Assembly (NCBI RefSeq): GCF_009914755.1
Contig: NC_060933.1
DNA from: the human T2T-CHM13v2.0 reference genome, Homo sapiens
Reading direction: 5' to 3' (one strand)
Length of the DNA: 64,000 nucleotides
In this document: positions 30,868 to 46,780 of the stretch, in pieces
Numbering within the stretch: the first letter of the stretch is position 1
How the letters are laid out: every line of letters starts with the position of its first letter
The notes under the pieces: generated by a model
Databases searched by the model: none
What the model was told of the DNA's origin: nothing
The model's input: only the letters and a program-made list of their open reading frames with translations
Position numbers and translations under genes: made by a program

Positions 30868-32939
30868 CCGGAGTCAGTCAGGTGTAGCTCACGTGGCCGG
30901 CGGAGCGCTGAGGGGCGGCGGGGACTGAGGAGGCTCCTGATCGTGGCCAAAGAAGGCAGGAGCGAGGACGCCGCCTCCGCAGAGGCTTCTGTGAGCCCCG
31001 CACTGCGTGGGCGCTGCTCACCGAGGACACCGCGGATTCCCCCACGCAACCCTGAGTGGATGGAAGCGCGCATTCCCATTTCACAGGACAGGAGAGCGGG
31101 CTCAGAGATGTTAAGGAGCCTGCCTGAGGCCACACAGCTGGGAAGCGGCAGGCTGGGGTCTGAACCAGGGCTGGGGCAGTGCAGAGACACACGAGGAGGA
31201 AAATAGAGGGAGATGGGCAGGGAAAAACCAAAAACGATAGCAACCGCTTTGGAGCCTTGTTATGCCTGACCCACGGACTCCTCACGCCGACCCGTGCGGC
31301 GGGGACTGTTGCCACCCCGTTTTATTGCTGGAGATGGTGAGGATCAGGAAGGCTAAAAGCCTGGGGGGCGCTGCTTACCCGCAGCTCCGTGGCCCCGCTT
31401 ACCCGCAGCACCCTGGCCCCTGCCTACGGCGCTTACCCGCAGCTCCTCGAGCCCGGAGGGAGGGCCATGAGGTGGAAGTAGGGGACAGCTGAGCAGCCAC
31501 CCCCCACCTCCCACCCCCATCCCCTGAGCTGCCACCTCCCACCCTCACCCGCAGCCCCAGCCCAGCCGGCCCCTTTTCCCTCGAGCAAGGTCAGCAGGCT
31601 TAGGCCCTCCCCAGGCCCCAGGCCAGCTTCCCCTTCCCCAGGACCGCCTCCAGGCACACGAGGGGGTCTCCCCGACCAGAGTGAGGCTCATCCCTCCAGG
31701 GGATGAGCCGTCCCCTGTGGATACCTCCAGAGCAGGTGGATACCTCCTTTAGGCCAGGGAAGCTTCTGCCAGCTGTGTTTCCTGTGACACCAGCCTTCCC
31801 TGCCCCATCTCTGAGGCTGATGGGCAGCTGTCAGGGGAACAGACACTTAGGCCTCCCGGAACCACATGGGCTGCGCCAGAGGCGGCATCGAGGCCTGGGC
31901 AGTGGGAGCTTGTGCCTGCCAGTCCGCCAGCTCTGAGCCTGGTGGCCAGAGCACCCCATTCCCTGTGACCCGTCCAAAGCTGAAGTCGGGGCCCCTTCTC
32001 GAATCACAGTGCAGGGATGCTCTCAGCCATGTTCCTCACCACGCGGGGGAGCCCTAGAGCTCACGGTCAATTCACAGGCAGAAGGAAGAGTCAGAGAGAG
32101 GGGCGGCCCCAAGGCTTCACTTTATGTAGGCATTGAAGGGCTAACAAATACATGGCCAATAAAGCACTTATTGCTTAAGCTAGTTTGAGTCTCTGTCACT
32201 TCTTACCAAAGAGTCTGGATTAAACCCCACACCATCTCACAGAGTTTTGGGGTGAATAAATGAGATATTTTTATCAGTGCTCAAAAAAAATAGTAGCTAA
32301 AATGATTCTCAACAGAGCACAATGACTGTCTTTGCACTTTCTCCTTCACATTTCACAACATCACTCCGTCTCACTTACACACACATGGTCTGCGAAAACT
32401 CTACACCTCACCTGTGCACGGATTTTGAGCCTGTATTTAAGAGGAGGCATTGCTTTGGAGACATTTTTTCTGCAAATTGCATCCAACAGGATATTGTCAA
32501 GAGATTTCCTGGGAACAAATGAAAATGATGATTTTTGATGTAAGATACGCAATGGACAACATATATCATCGCTGCAACAGAGGTTCCTGCTATCACAGCT
32601 CTCGTGGTCACCAGCACCTGCCTGGTGTGGGGTCTCCTCTGGTCCCCCTCACACACACAGAGCAGGGACAGCTGTGATTTACCCACAGCTGGAACTTGAG
32701 TCTGTGCCTCAGGGACAGGCAGCAGGGTACTTCATATGCAACAGAGTTCAATTGAAAAAGTGAATTATTGGTGCTGAGTTACTAATAAGCAAATAATCAG
32801 TTTATACCCATCACAAAAATGTCGACAAACAGAGTGATTGTGACAAGGGCAGAAAACTGCAATCATGCTCTGCAAAAATGAAGTGAAGCTGCAATTCTGC
32901 ATGAAGGCAACTTATTGCATTTGATCTTTTTGCTTATAA

Positions 32940-33413
<474 letters not shown>

Positions 33414-34056
33414 TGAAGACACCAAAGCTCTGAGGGGTGAAAGGGTTTGTTCAAGGTCACAGAGCTGGTGGACAGCACTTCCTGAGAGCAGGTTACCAGC
33501 GTAAACAAGCAACTCTGCCTAGAAGAAAAGCCGGGACAGACCCAGACAGGAAGAGCCCCAAATTTTCTGCAACTATGCCATTCTGAGGGGTGGGGCAGCC
33601 TTCACCAACCCAGGCTCTAAGCCAAGGAGTGCCTTGGAGTGGCTTGAGGGTCGCGGTTTAAGGCCTCTTTACAGTGAGGACTCAGCGGCAGGGCTGGGAG
33701 GTGTGGCCCCTCCTAAGCTGCTCCCTGGGCACCAGCCAGCAGGTTGGTTCAGACATGACAAGAAGGACAGGGAGAGAGGGAGACTGACGGCCAGAGAGCC
33801 ACGCTCCTTCTCTTGGCCCATCCCAGCCCCAAACAGGAACAATCTGGGCTCCTTACATCCTTGCCTTGTGCTGTTCAGAGAGGAAGGGCAGAGCTCAGAC
33901 TGGTCAGCAGCTTGCTAAGGTCACATAACCAAGGACAGATAGGAAATGCTTTACAGAGTTGGAAGGGAAGGGAAGAGAATTGGTTCACTTTTTACAGAAT
34001 AAAGGCCCTTCAGGAAAAGGCACTGGGTAGCGTAGGAGCCTAGAAAGTTGGTGAAC

Positions 34057-34738
<682 letters not shown>

Positions 34739-35074
34739 GCAGGTCAGGAGAAGCAGGAAGGAGCAGGGATCATCCCATGGGGAGGCCAGATATAGGAACA
34801 GATGTAGGAGCTGGGATTGGGAGGCTGGACAAGACCAGACTGGGACCACTAGGGAGCCTGGCCATACTCCTTGGCCCCTTTCCAAATCACTGGAGAAGGT
34901 AGAAACCTGTCCCAGTGTTCACGTAACCAGTCAGCACAGATAGGAAGATGCTCAAAGCCAGGACTTCTCAGGCCAAGACGCTGCTCAGGAGGGATGTCCT
35001 ACCACTGAGCCGGAAAATATGAAGACAAACTATTGTGATTTTTTTCCTGGAGTTTTTGCAAACAACACAGCAGC

Positions 35075-35129
<55 letters not shown>

Positions 35130-35669
35130 ATATATATATATGTAGCTGCTGATATATATGTAGCTGCTGTGTTGTTTGATACAACAAAATTTATGATTGT
35201 TTTATGTTCCTTGGGGAAGAATGTACATTTCTTCATTAAATATTGTCCCTCTTTGTTCTGTTAAATGCTTTTGGCCTTGAATTCCACTTTGATAATATTG
35301 TTGATACTCCTATATTATTTTTTTGTTTACCTTAATCTACTATAGCTTTGTCTTTGTCCAGCCCTTTATTTAACAATCTTTCTTTGCCTTTTTTTTGTTT
35401 CTTATCTTTCTTTTTTTTAAAAAAAAAAAGCAGCACAATACTGGAGTTTATTTTCACTGTGTTATATTTGATACATACACAAAGAAAATATACAATTGAT
35501 GTAAGTTATTAAGCATAATAAAATGAATACCTATGCCATCGCCAACCATAGGAACTAGAATATTGCCAAAACCATTGAGCCTTCCTGTGTATTCCACTCC
35601 ATCCCGTCTTCCTATCTCACCCCTGAAGATAATCACTATCTTATGTTGTATATTTATCAATGGGTTGTT

Positions 35670-36070
35670 TTTATTTATTTATTTCTAATTATTATTATTA
35701 TTATTATTTTGAGACAGAGTCTCACTCTGTCCCTTAGGCTGGAGTACAGTAAGGCAATTACAGCTCACTGCAGCCTTGAACTCCTGGGCTCACATTATTC
35801 TCTCACCTGAGCTTCCCAAGTAGCTGGGACTACAGGTGCACACCCCTGCACTCAGCTAATTTTTTATTTTTACTTTACAATATAGGGAGATGGGGTCTCC
35901 CTATATTGCCCAGGCTGGTCTTTAACTATATTTATGTTTACTTTACAATATAGGGAGATGGGGTCCCCCTATATTGCCCAAGCTGGTCTTTAACTTCTGG
36001 GCTCCAGTGATCCTCCCACCTCAGCCTCCCAAAGTGCTGGGATTACAGGTGTGAGTCGCTGTGCCCGGCC
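35670..36070 (-). mobile_element. AluJ with internal 68-bp tandem duplication
   Basis: Antisense Alu; duplicated unit at 35869-35927 and 35937-35995. Confidence 0.88.
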
Positions 36071-36856
36071 AGTTGCCCTGCTTTTTAAAAAATAACTTCT
36101 AATCCCCTAATTATATATTGTTCAGTTTTGCTTGTTTTTGAGCTTCATATGAGTGATATCAGATATGTGCAGTCTTCTGCTAATTTCTTTTTTACCTCAA
36201 GATTGTTTCTAGCATGCACCCACATTGCTGCATTCACATTGCCACCATTCACTAAGCTATATATTAATGACATTCCATTTGTTTTTGTTGTCATTGTATT
36301 TTGTTTTTGTTTTTGAGATGGAGTCTCTCTCTGTCACCCAGACTGGAGTGCAGGGGCGCAATCTCAGCTCATGAGAATTTATTTTTTGGAGAGAGATGAA
36401 GGAAGGATCCAATGTCCTATTTTTCCATGTGGATAACAAATGATCCCAGCACCCTAGGTTGAATAGTCTAGCCTTTCCTGGCAATCTGAAATACCAATCC
36501 CGTGATATGTCAGGTTTCCATCAGTGTGTTTATTACTGTCACATTGTTCTGTTGATCTATTCCTGTGCCAGTCCCACATAGTCTTAACTACTAATATTTT
36601 ATAATGTCTCTATTGCACTTAGAACCAGTTCTTCCACCATTTCTTCTTCAGGAGTGTACAGCTACTCTTGAGCTTTTTCTCTTCCATATAGGTTTTAGAA
36701 AGTTTGTAAAGTACCTTGAAAAATTCGATTGGGATTTTGATTGAAATTGTAATCACTCTTTTGATCAATATGGGGATAATTGATAAAATTATGGACAATT
36801 TTAGTATTTCCCCCCTTGAAAAGAATAAATCCCAGGTTTATTTAGGTCTTCTTTAG

Positions 36857-37213
<357 letters not shown>

Positions 37214-37576
37214 TAGACTTATTTTTAGATTCCTTTCTGTCTATTGCTATTTTAAATATTGTCTTTTCCTGGATTGTTTACTTTCATAAAGAAGTGTGGA
37301 GAAAAGCAATTTAGTTTTGAATATTGGTCTTATATCCTGCCACCTTGATTAACTCTTTCATTAATTCTAATAACTCTCAGTAGATTAGTTTGGATTTTTC
37401 TATGTAGATAATCATATAATCTGGAAGTGATGATAGTTTTGTTTCTTTCTAATCATTATACCTTTTCTTTCTTTCTTTTGTTTTAAACACCTTGGCTAGA
37501 ACTTCCAATAAAATGTCGATTAGGTAGCTATCAATTGGGATCCTTGCCTTGTTCTATTAAGGAGAATGTTTTTTAC

Positions 37577-37880
<304 letters not shown>

Positions 37881-38416
37881 TTTTTTTTACTTTTTACTAC
37901 TAGGTGTGATTTTGCTAAATTTTGCAACTTAAAAAAAATTCCCTTGTATTCCTAGTGAGATAAAAATTTTAATCATGAAAGGATATTGATTTTTATTAAA
38001 TGCATTTTTGCACAGATTTTCTCCTTCAACCCACTGTCACTGAATATATTTACACATTTCATGTACATAAAAATAGTATTATATGACATATAACATGATA
38101 TTCTAATGTGTAATATAATGTTATATATATAAGTAATATATAAGCCATATTTCTGATATTAATATGATGTTAATATATAATATGTATTAATGTTTAACCA
38201 CCCTCGCATCCACGGTATAAACCCAGTTTGGCCATACATTTTAAAGTGTTTTGTTGTATTCAGTTTTCTACTATTCTTTCATGATCTTCGCACCTAGGTA
38301 CATGCATAAGGTTGTTCTGGTTTGGGTGATAAGGTTATATTGGTTTCACAAAGCGAGCTGATGAGTGTTCCCTCATTTTTTTCCTCTAGAAGAGTCTATA
38401 TAAAATTATAATATCT

Positions 38417-38698
<282 letters not shown>

Positions 38699-38726
38699 TT
38701 ATAATATTATAATATCTAATCCTTGA

Positions 38727-39167
<441 letters not shown>

Positions 39168-39289
39168 TGAGTCTGTTTCAGTAAGTTATGTGTTTCGAAT
39201 AATTTATCCATTTTGCCTGTTTTTAAAGGTTTAATACATCTTTTTCATAGTTTTTGTTACTCCTTTTACTTTTTAAAAAAATTGATGGT

Positions 39290-39570
39290 GGCCAGGGGCA
39301 TGTGGTGGTTTACACCTGTAATCCCTGCTCTTCAGGAGCCTAAGCTGAGGGGATCACTTGAGGCCAGGAGTTCGAGACCAGCCTGGGCAAGAGAGGGACA
39401 AAAAATTAGTCAGGCATTGTGGTGGGTGCCTGTAATCCCAGCTACCTGGGAGGCTGAGGCAGGAGAATCACTTGAGCCCAGGAGGCAGAGGTTTCAGTGA
39501 GCCAAGATCGTGCCACTGCACTCCAGTCTGGGCAACAAAAGCGAAACTCAGTCTCAAAAAAAAAAAAATT
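39290..39570 (+). mobile_element. Chimeric Alu
   Basis: Left arm nearly identical to the Alu at 40569; right arm differs. Confidence 0.85.
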
Positions 39571-39714
39571 TCCATGCGATGTTTTTCATACTTATAAACA
39601 TATGGGAATTTTTTATTTGTTGTTTTGTCTTTAACTTTTAACTTAGTTGCATTGTGAGTCACAGAAACATGACCTGTATACTAGTTATTATAATTTGTTC
39701 AGAATTACATTATG

Positions 39715-39859
39715 TTATTTTTGTTGTTGTTATTGTTGTTTTAGTAGAGACGGGGTTTTATCATGTTGGCCAGGCTGGTCTCGAACTCCTGACCTCGTGA
39801 TCTGCTCGCCTCTGCCTCCCAAAATGCTGGGATTACAGATGTGAGCCACAGTGCCTGGC
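39715..39859 (-). mobile_element. Alu left-arm fragment
   Basis: Antisense left arm; agaattacattatgt on both flanks. Confidence 0.8.
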
Positions 39860-40568
39860 TGAGAATTACATTATGTCCTATGACCACAATATGTAGTCAC
39901 TTTTTATAAATTCCCTATGTGTTCATGAATACATTTGTATTCTCTAATTGTTGGATTTAGGATTTTATTTGTATCCATTTGTTCAAGTTTGTTAATTATG
40001 TAGTTTTAACCTTATATATCTTTCTTAATTTTTACTTTGAAATATCAATAATTAGAGGAAATATGTTGAACTCTTCCATAGTAATTATAGATTTATCAGT
40101 TTTGCTCTGTGGTTCTATCCCTTCTAGCTTTGTATATTTTGAGGCTACTTTATTAGTTGAATTGTTATATCTTCCAGGTGCACTAAAACTTTTATCATTA
40201 TTAGGAACTTTCTTTATCTCTTATAATAATATTGACCTTAATGACTATTTTTTGATGCTAATAAAGCCACTCTTATTTTGATTGGTATTTTTCTGAATAC
40301 CACTTTGAATATCTTTATTTTCAGCTTTTCAGCGTCCTTGCATTTTAGGAGTGGCTCTTGTAGGCAATCTATACTGAATTTTTAAAATCTTACATCTGAT
40401 AATCCTCTTTTTTTTTTTAACTAAGGAGTTCAGTAGCACATCTACATTTCCTAAAAACTAGTGATAAATGTGGACTTGCATTTGCCATCCAACTTTGTGC
40501 TTTCTTTTTGATTCACCCATCTTTTTCATAGTTTTTGTTACACCTTTTACTTTTTAAAAATTGATGGT

Positions 40569-40835
40569 GGCCAGGGGCGTGTGGTGGTTTACACCTGTAA
40601 TGCCTGCTCTTTAGGAGCCTAAGCTGGGGGGATTGCTTGAGGCCAGGAGTTCGAGACCAGCCTGGGCAACACAGGGACACCCTGCCTCTACAAAAAAATT
40701 TTAAAAATTAGCTGGGTGTGCACCTGTAGTCCTAGCTACTCAGGAGGCTAAGGCAGGAAGATTCCTTAAACACATGAGTTCAAGTTAATAAAGAGCTATG
40801 ATTGTGTTACTGTACTCCAGCCTGGGTGACAGAAG
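40569..40835 (+). mobile_element. AluJ
   Basis: Diverged sense Alu whose tail runs into a purine microsatellite. Confidence 0.85.
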
Positions 40836-41062
40836 AAAAAGAGAAAAGAAAAGAAAAGAGAAAAGGAAGGAAGGAAGGAGGAAGGAAGGAAGGAAGGAAG
40901 GAAGGAAGGAAAGAAGGAAGGAAGGAAGGAAAGAAGGAAGGAGAGAAAGAGAGAGAGGCAGAGAGAGGAAGGAAGGAAGGAGGGAGGGAGGGAGGGAAGG
41001 AGGGAAGGAAGGAAGGGAGAGAGAGAGAAAAGGAAGGTAAGGGAAGGGAGGAAGGAAGGAGT
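40836..41062 (+). repeat. (GGAA)n/(GGGA)n/(GA)n polypurine tract
   Basis: ~225 nt almost entirely purine. Confidence 0.95.
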
Positions 41063-41550
41063 TAAAATTAATATAAAAAAGGAAAAAAGAATGATGGTTT
41101 TCTCTCTTTTATTCCACTTATTTTCCTGTACATACTTGGTAGTTTCATACTCCTTTCCTATTCTTTTAGTAATTACCTGGAAATTTTGCCTTGCACATTT
41201 AAAAAAGTCTAAAGTTAATAATTATCTTATCCTCCTGAATAATGCAAGGCGCTTAAAGTGTATTAACTCCAGTCATACCTTCCAACTTGCATACAACTGA
41301 TAACCAGTATTTGAGTCCTGCCCTTGTTTGTCCACAAAGTAGACATTATTATTACTATTGAAACGATTTTATACAGACAATTTTTACTTAGATTTACCTA
41401 CATGTTTGCCAACTCTTTTGTCATCATTTCTTCTTGTATGTTAGAATTACTTTTGGGGATCATTTTCCTTTCATTTCCTTTAGTAAAAGTCTAACAGTGG
41501 TAAATTCCCTCAGTTTTGGTTCATATGACGATAACATTATTTTGTTCTCA

Positions 41551-41883
<333 letters not shown>

Positions 41884-41887
41884 TTAG

Positions 41888-42903
41888 TATAGGAAAAAGA
41901 AAGAGAGATCAGACTGTTACTGTGTCTATGTAGAAAGGAAAGACATAAGAGACTCCATTTTGCAAAAGACCTGTACTTTAAACAATTGCTTTGCTGATAT
42001 GTTGCTAATTTGAAGCTTTGCCCCAGCCACTTTGACCCAACCTAGAGCTCACAGAAACATGTGTTGTATGAAATCAAGGTTTAAGGGATCTAGAGCTGTG
42101 CAGGATGTGCCTTGTTAACAAAATGTTTACAAGCAGTATACTTGGTAAAAGTCATTGCCATTCTCTAGTCTCAGTAAACCAGGGGCACAATGCACTGCAG
42201 AAAGCCGCAGGGACCTCTGCCCTTGAAAGCGGGGTATTGTCCAAGGTTTCTCCCCATGTGATAGTCTGAAATATGGCCTCGTGGGATGAGAAAGACCTGA
42301 CCGTCCCCCAGCCCGACTCCCATAAAGGGTCTGTGCTGAGGTGGATTAGTAAAAGAGGAAAGCCTCTTGCAGTTGAGCTAGAGGAAGGCCACTGTCTCCT
42401 GCCTGCCCCTGGGAACTGAATGTCTCGGTATAAAACCCGATCGTACATTTGTTCAATTCTGAGATGAGAGAAAAACCGCCCTATGGTGGGAGGCGAGACA
42501 TGTTGGCAGCAATGCTGCCTTGTTATTCTTTACTCCACTGAGATGTTTGGGTGGAGGGAAACATAAATCCGGCCTACGTGCACGTCCAGTCATAGTACCT
42601 TCCCTTGAACTTCATTATGACGTAGATTCTTTTGCTCACATGTTTGTTGCTGACCTTCTCCTTATTATCACCCTGTCCTCCTACTACATTCCTTTTTGCT
42701 GAAATAATGAAGATAATAATCAATAAAAACTGAGGGAACTCAGAGACCGGTGCCGGTGCTGGTCCTTGGTATGCTGAGCGCCGGTCCCCTGGGCCCACTG
42801 TTGTTTCTCTATACTTTGTCTCTGCGTCTTATTTCTTTTCTCAGTCTCTCGTCCCACCTGACTAGAAATACCCACAGGTGTGGAGGGGCAGGCCACCCCT
42901 TCA
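41888..42903 (+). mobile_element. HERV-K(HML-2) solo LTR, LTR5A/LTR5B type
   Basis: Starts TATAGGAAAAAGAAAGAGAGATCAGACTGTTACTGTGTCTATGTAGAAA, ends GGCCACCCCTTCA; 6-bp TSD GTTTAG at 41882-41887 and 42904-42909; TATAAAA at 42429, AATAAA at 42722. Confidence 0.95.
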
Positions 42904-42985
42904 GTTTAGGATGATAATTACTTTGTCTTAGGACTCCAAAGATATTTTTCCATTTCTTAGGGATTTCCATGGTGGCTGTTGATAA

Positions 42986-43288
<303 letters not shown>

Positions 43289-43627
43289 GTTACTAGTATT
43301 TTAAATGTCATTCTTTTGCAGCCAACTTGTTTCTTTTCTCTGATAGATTCTGAGGTCTTCTCTTACCTTTTGGTCTTCTGCAAGTTTATTACAATATGCC
43401 TAGGTGTGAATTCATGTTTCTTATAAGTTCTGAAAAGTTCTCAGCCATTATCTCTTTGAATGTTACCTCACCTTTGCTGTCTCTATTCTTTCCTGTGGGT
43501 CTTAGTTAAATAGTAGACCTTCTCATCTTTCCCTCCCCTCTCTCCTAAACATCTTTCATATTTTACCTCTCCTTTTTCTGTGTTGAAAATTATGCAGAAA
43601 TAGGTACTTTTGTGGATCCATTTTCTA

Positions 43628-43707
43628 TTCGGTTGGTGCAAAATTAATTGTGGTATTGGCCATTACTTTTAATGGCTAAAATCACAATTACTTTTGCACC
43701 AACCTAA
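43628..43707. mobile_element. MADE1 (Hsmar1-derived MITE)
   Basis: 80-bp palindromic element ttcggttggtgcaaaattaattg...caattacttttgcaccaacctaa with TA on both sides. Confidence 0.93.
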
Positions 43708-43862
43708 TAATTCATAATTATCTCTTCAGCTGCATCTGATCTGCTATTTAATCATCTGATGAGATTTTTGTATCATCAGTTATAACTTTCATTTATGCAA
43801 GTTCTATTTTGGTTTATTTTCCAATCTTCCTGGACATTTTTGATAGGTTTGTATTCTGCATT

Positions 43863-43864
<2 letters not shown>

Positions 43865-43901
<37 letters not shown>
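43865..43901 (+). repeat. (TG)n microsatellite
   Basis: About 18 GT units. Confidence 0.95.
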
Positions 43902-43904
<3 letters not shown>

Positions 43905-44450
43905 TCATCTTGCATTTCTTTAAATATTTTCTACATAATTATGTTATTTTCTGTATTTGGTCATTCCAACAGCTGAAGTATTAAAGGGGTATGTCTACGC
44001 CTATTGTTTTATTTGCTGACTCTCACTCATAGCGGCTTGTTTCCGTGTAGTTTGGTGACCACTGATTGTGAGTTCATATTTTGTTGAACTTAATCTGTGG
44101 GAATCCTGAGGGCCTACACTGGACCTACATTCCTACTGAGGCATTTGCATTTGCTTCTGCCAGGAGCCAAGGGGCTGCTATTAACCTGGGAGGACTTCAG
44201 CCACCTTTAAATGACTCTGGCACAAGGCAGGAGTCTCAGGTGCTCTCACCTTGCCTCTGCCCTAGACTTAATTTGCCTATCGCAGTGCTTATTTCATCAT
44301 TTAGCTCGATTTTCTTGTTTCCCTGTTAGTCAACGCTCCATGCTTTAGCTTCAGTTCCCCACTGTCTTGCCACGCTTTTCTTGGCAGAGGACACTTAGTC
44401 CTTACAGATTTCCATTACTCTCTAGGAAGTCCAGCAATGCATTAAAATGA

Positions 44451-44957
<507 letters not shown>

Positions 44958-45242
44958 TAAAATCAAATATGTTGCTGGAGACCACACAACACTCAGGCTG
45001 AGTGTTTAACCAGAGGCTGATGCTCCCCAAATAAGAGGAAATGTATTTTCAGGGTTGCAGCCTTGGCCAACGCTCTGGGATAAAACCACAAACTTCTGCT
45101 AAGGAAGGAATGAGGAGACCCAACCCAGCCCAGAGTGGGCAGGCCCCAGGCACCCAGCACCAGCTCAGCCAGTCTGCACGGGGCACTCCGCCTGCACCTC
45201 CTCCCACCCTGGGAAAGAGCCAGCAGCGCTTCCGGCACTTGG

Positions 45243-45256
45243 GTTTCCATGGCAAC
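45243..45256. promoter_or_regulatory. RFX X-box
   Basis: GTTTCCATGGCAAC, near-perfect palindromic X-box. Confidence 0.6.
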
Positions 45257-45816
45257 CAGTCACCCTGTGTGATGAGACGCAAAAGCCACAGGCAGTGAGT
45301 GGAACATTCCTGAATCTGAAGCCCTCATTACAGGTGGGTCTCCTGCAGCCTTGGGGACAGTGTGAGGGAGGCTCAGAGGAGAAAGAATTTGTGTGAAGGG
45401 GTCATGTTCAAACTAGCCACAATACCACTTGATAGCCCCTTTCTTTTTGCCTATACCCCGGTTATGATGGCCCCAGAGTCCCAGGTCCAGGAAAGTCCAG
45501 AAACAGGCTGGAGTCGGCCTGCTGCTAGGTCCCACACAATACCAGCTCTGCCTTTTTCATTCAACAACAGTCCCTTCATGCCTCCTCTGGCCAGGCCCTC
45601 AGGATCCTCTGACAGATGAGGGTCCCTGCCTGCGGTGAGCTATCTGGCTAGTGCAAGACTCAGACAGGCCCTAAAAGCCAATTACAACCAGGGGACAAGG
45701 GAGCACAGAGGCCATGAGAGCACAGAAGAGCGAGTGCTCCCTGCAAGGAGGCTTCCCAAAGCAAAGATATTTGAGCCAAGCCGCAAAAAAATTAGTATGG
45801 TAGAAAAGGGAGGGAA

Positions 45817-46160
45817 GAGCCAGGCATGGTGGCTCATGCCTGTAATCCCAGTACTTTGGGAGTCCAAGGCGGGTGAATCACAAGGTCAGGGGTTCAAGAT
45901 CAGCCTGGCCAACATATAATGACATCTCATTTCTACTAAAAATGCAAAAATTAGCTGGGCGTAGTGGCGGGCACCTGTAATCCCAGCTACTCGGGAGGCT
46001 GAGGCAGGAGAATTGCTTGAACCTGGGAGGTGGAGGTTGCAGTGAGCTGGAGGTTGCAGTGAGCTGAGATTGCGCCACTGCTCTCCGTCCTGGGTGACAG
46101 AGTGAGACTCTGTCATAAAAAAAAAAAAAAGAAAAGAAAAGAAAGAAAGAAAAGAAAAGG
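45817..46160 (+). mobile_element. Alu (AluS) with 17-bp internal duplication
   Basis: ggaggttgcagtgagct twice in tandem. Confidence 0.9.
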
Positions 46161-46497
46161 GAGGGGAGGGCATTACAGGCAGAAGGAAGCACAATGCGGT
46201 GGGCTCAGAGGAACGAAACAGCAGTGACTTTAGTAAAACAAGGGAACGGAAGCAGAAAAGGTGACCACAGAGAGGAGCCACAACAGAGCTTGCAGGACAC
46301 TGCTGTGAACTTGGGCCTTATCCCGGAAGGAGTGGGCAGCCTTAAATGGTTTTAGGAGAGTGTTGTCTTCATGGCATTGAGGATGGATAGGAGCCAGGGA
46401 ACCCGGCAAAAGGCCCCTTACAATAATGCAGAAGAGAGATCACAGTAACCAACATAAAGGGTGTAGCTACGGGGATATGCAAGGAAGGGGCAGATTT

Positions 46498-46780
46498 GGC
46501 TGGGTGCCATGGCTCACACCTGTAATTGCAGCACTTTGGGAGGCCGAAGCGAGTAGATTGCTTGAGGCCAGGAGTTTGAGACCAGCCTGGCCAACATGGT
46601 GAAATCCCATCTCTACTAAAAATACAAAACAAATTAGCCGGGCGTGGTGGCACACGCCTGTGATCCCAGCTACTCAGGAGGCTGAGACATGAGAATCATA
46701 GGAACCCAGGAGGCGGAGCCAAGATCGGGCGATTGAACTCCAGCCAGGGCAACACAGCCAGACCCCGTCTCAAAAAAAAA
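46498..46780 (+). mobile_element. Alu (AluS) with small deletion
   Basis: Sense dimer. Confidence 0.88.

Noticed and set aside
31373-31443. CRISPR-like repeat-spacer appearance
   Set aside because: Human DNA; 13-nt repeats with 11- and 21-nt spacers and no cas genes
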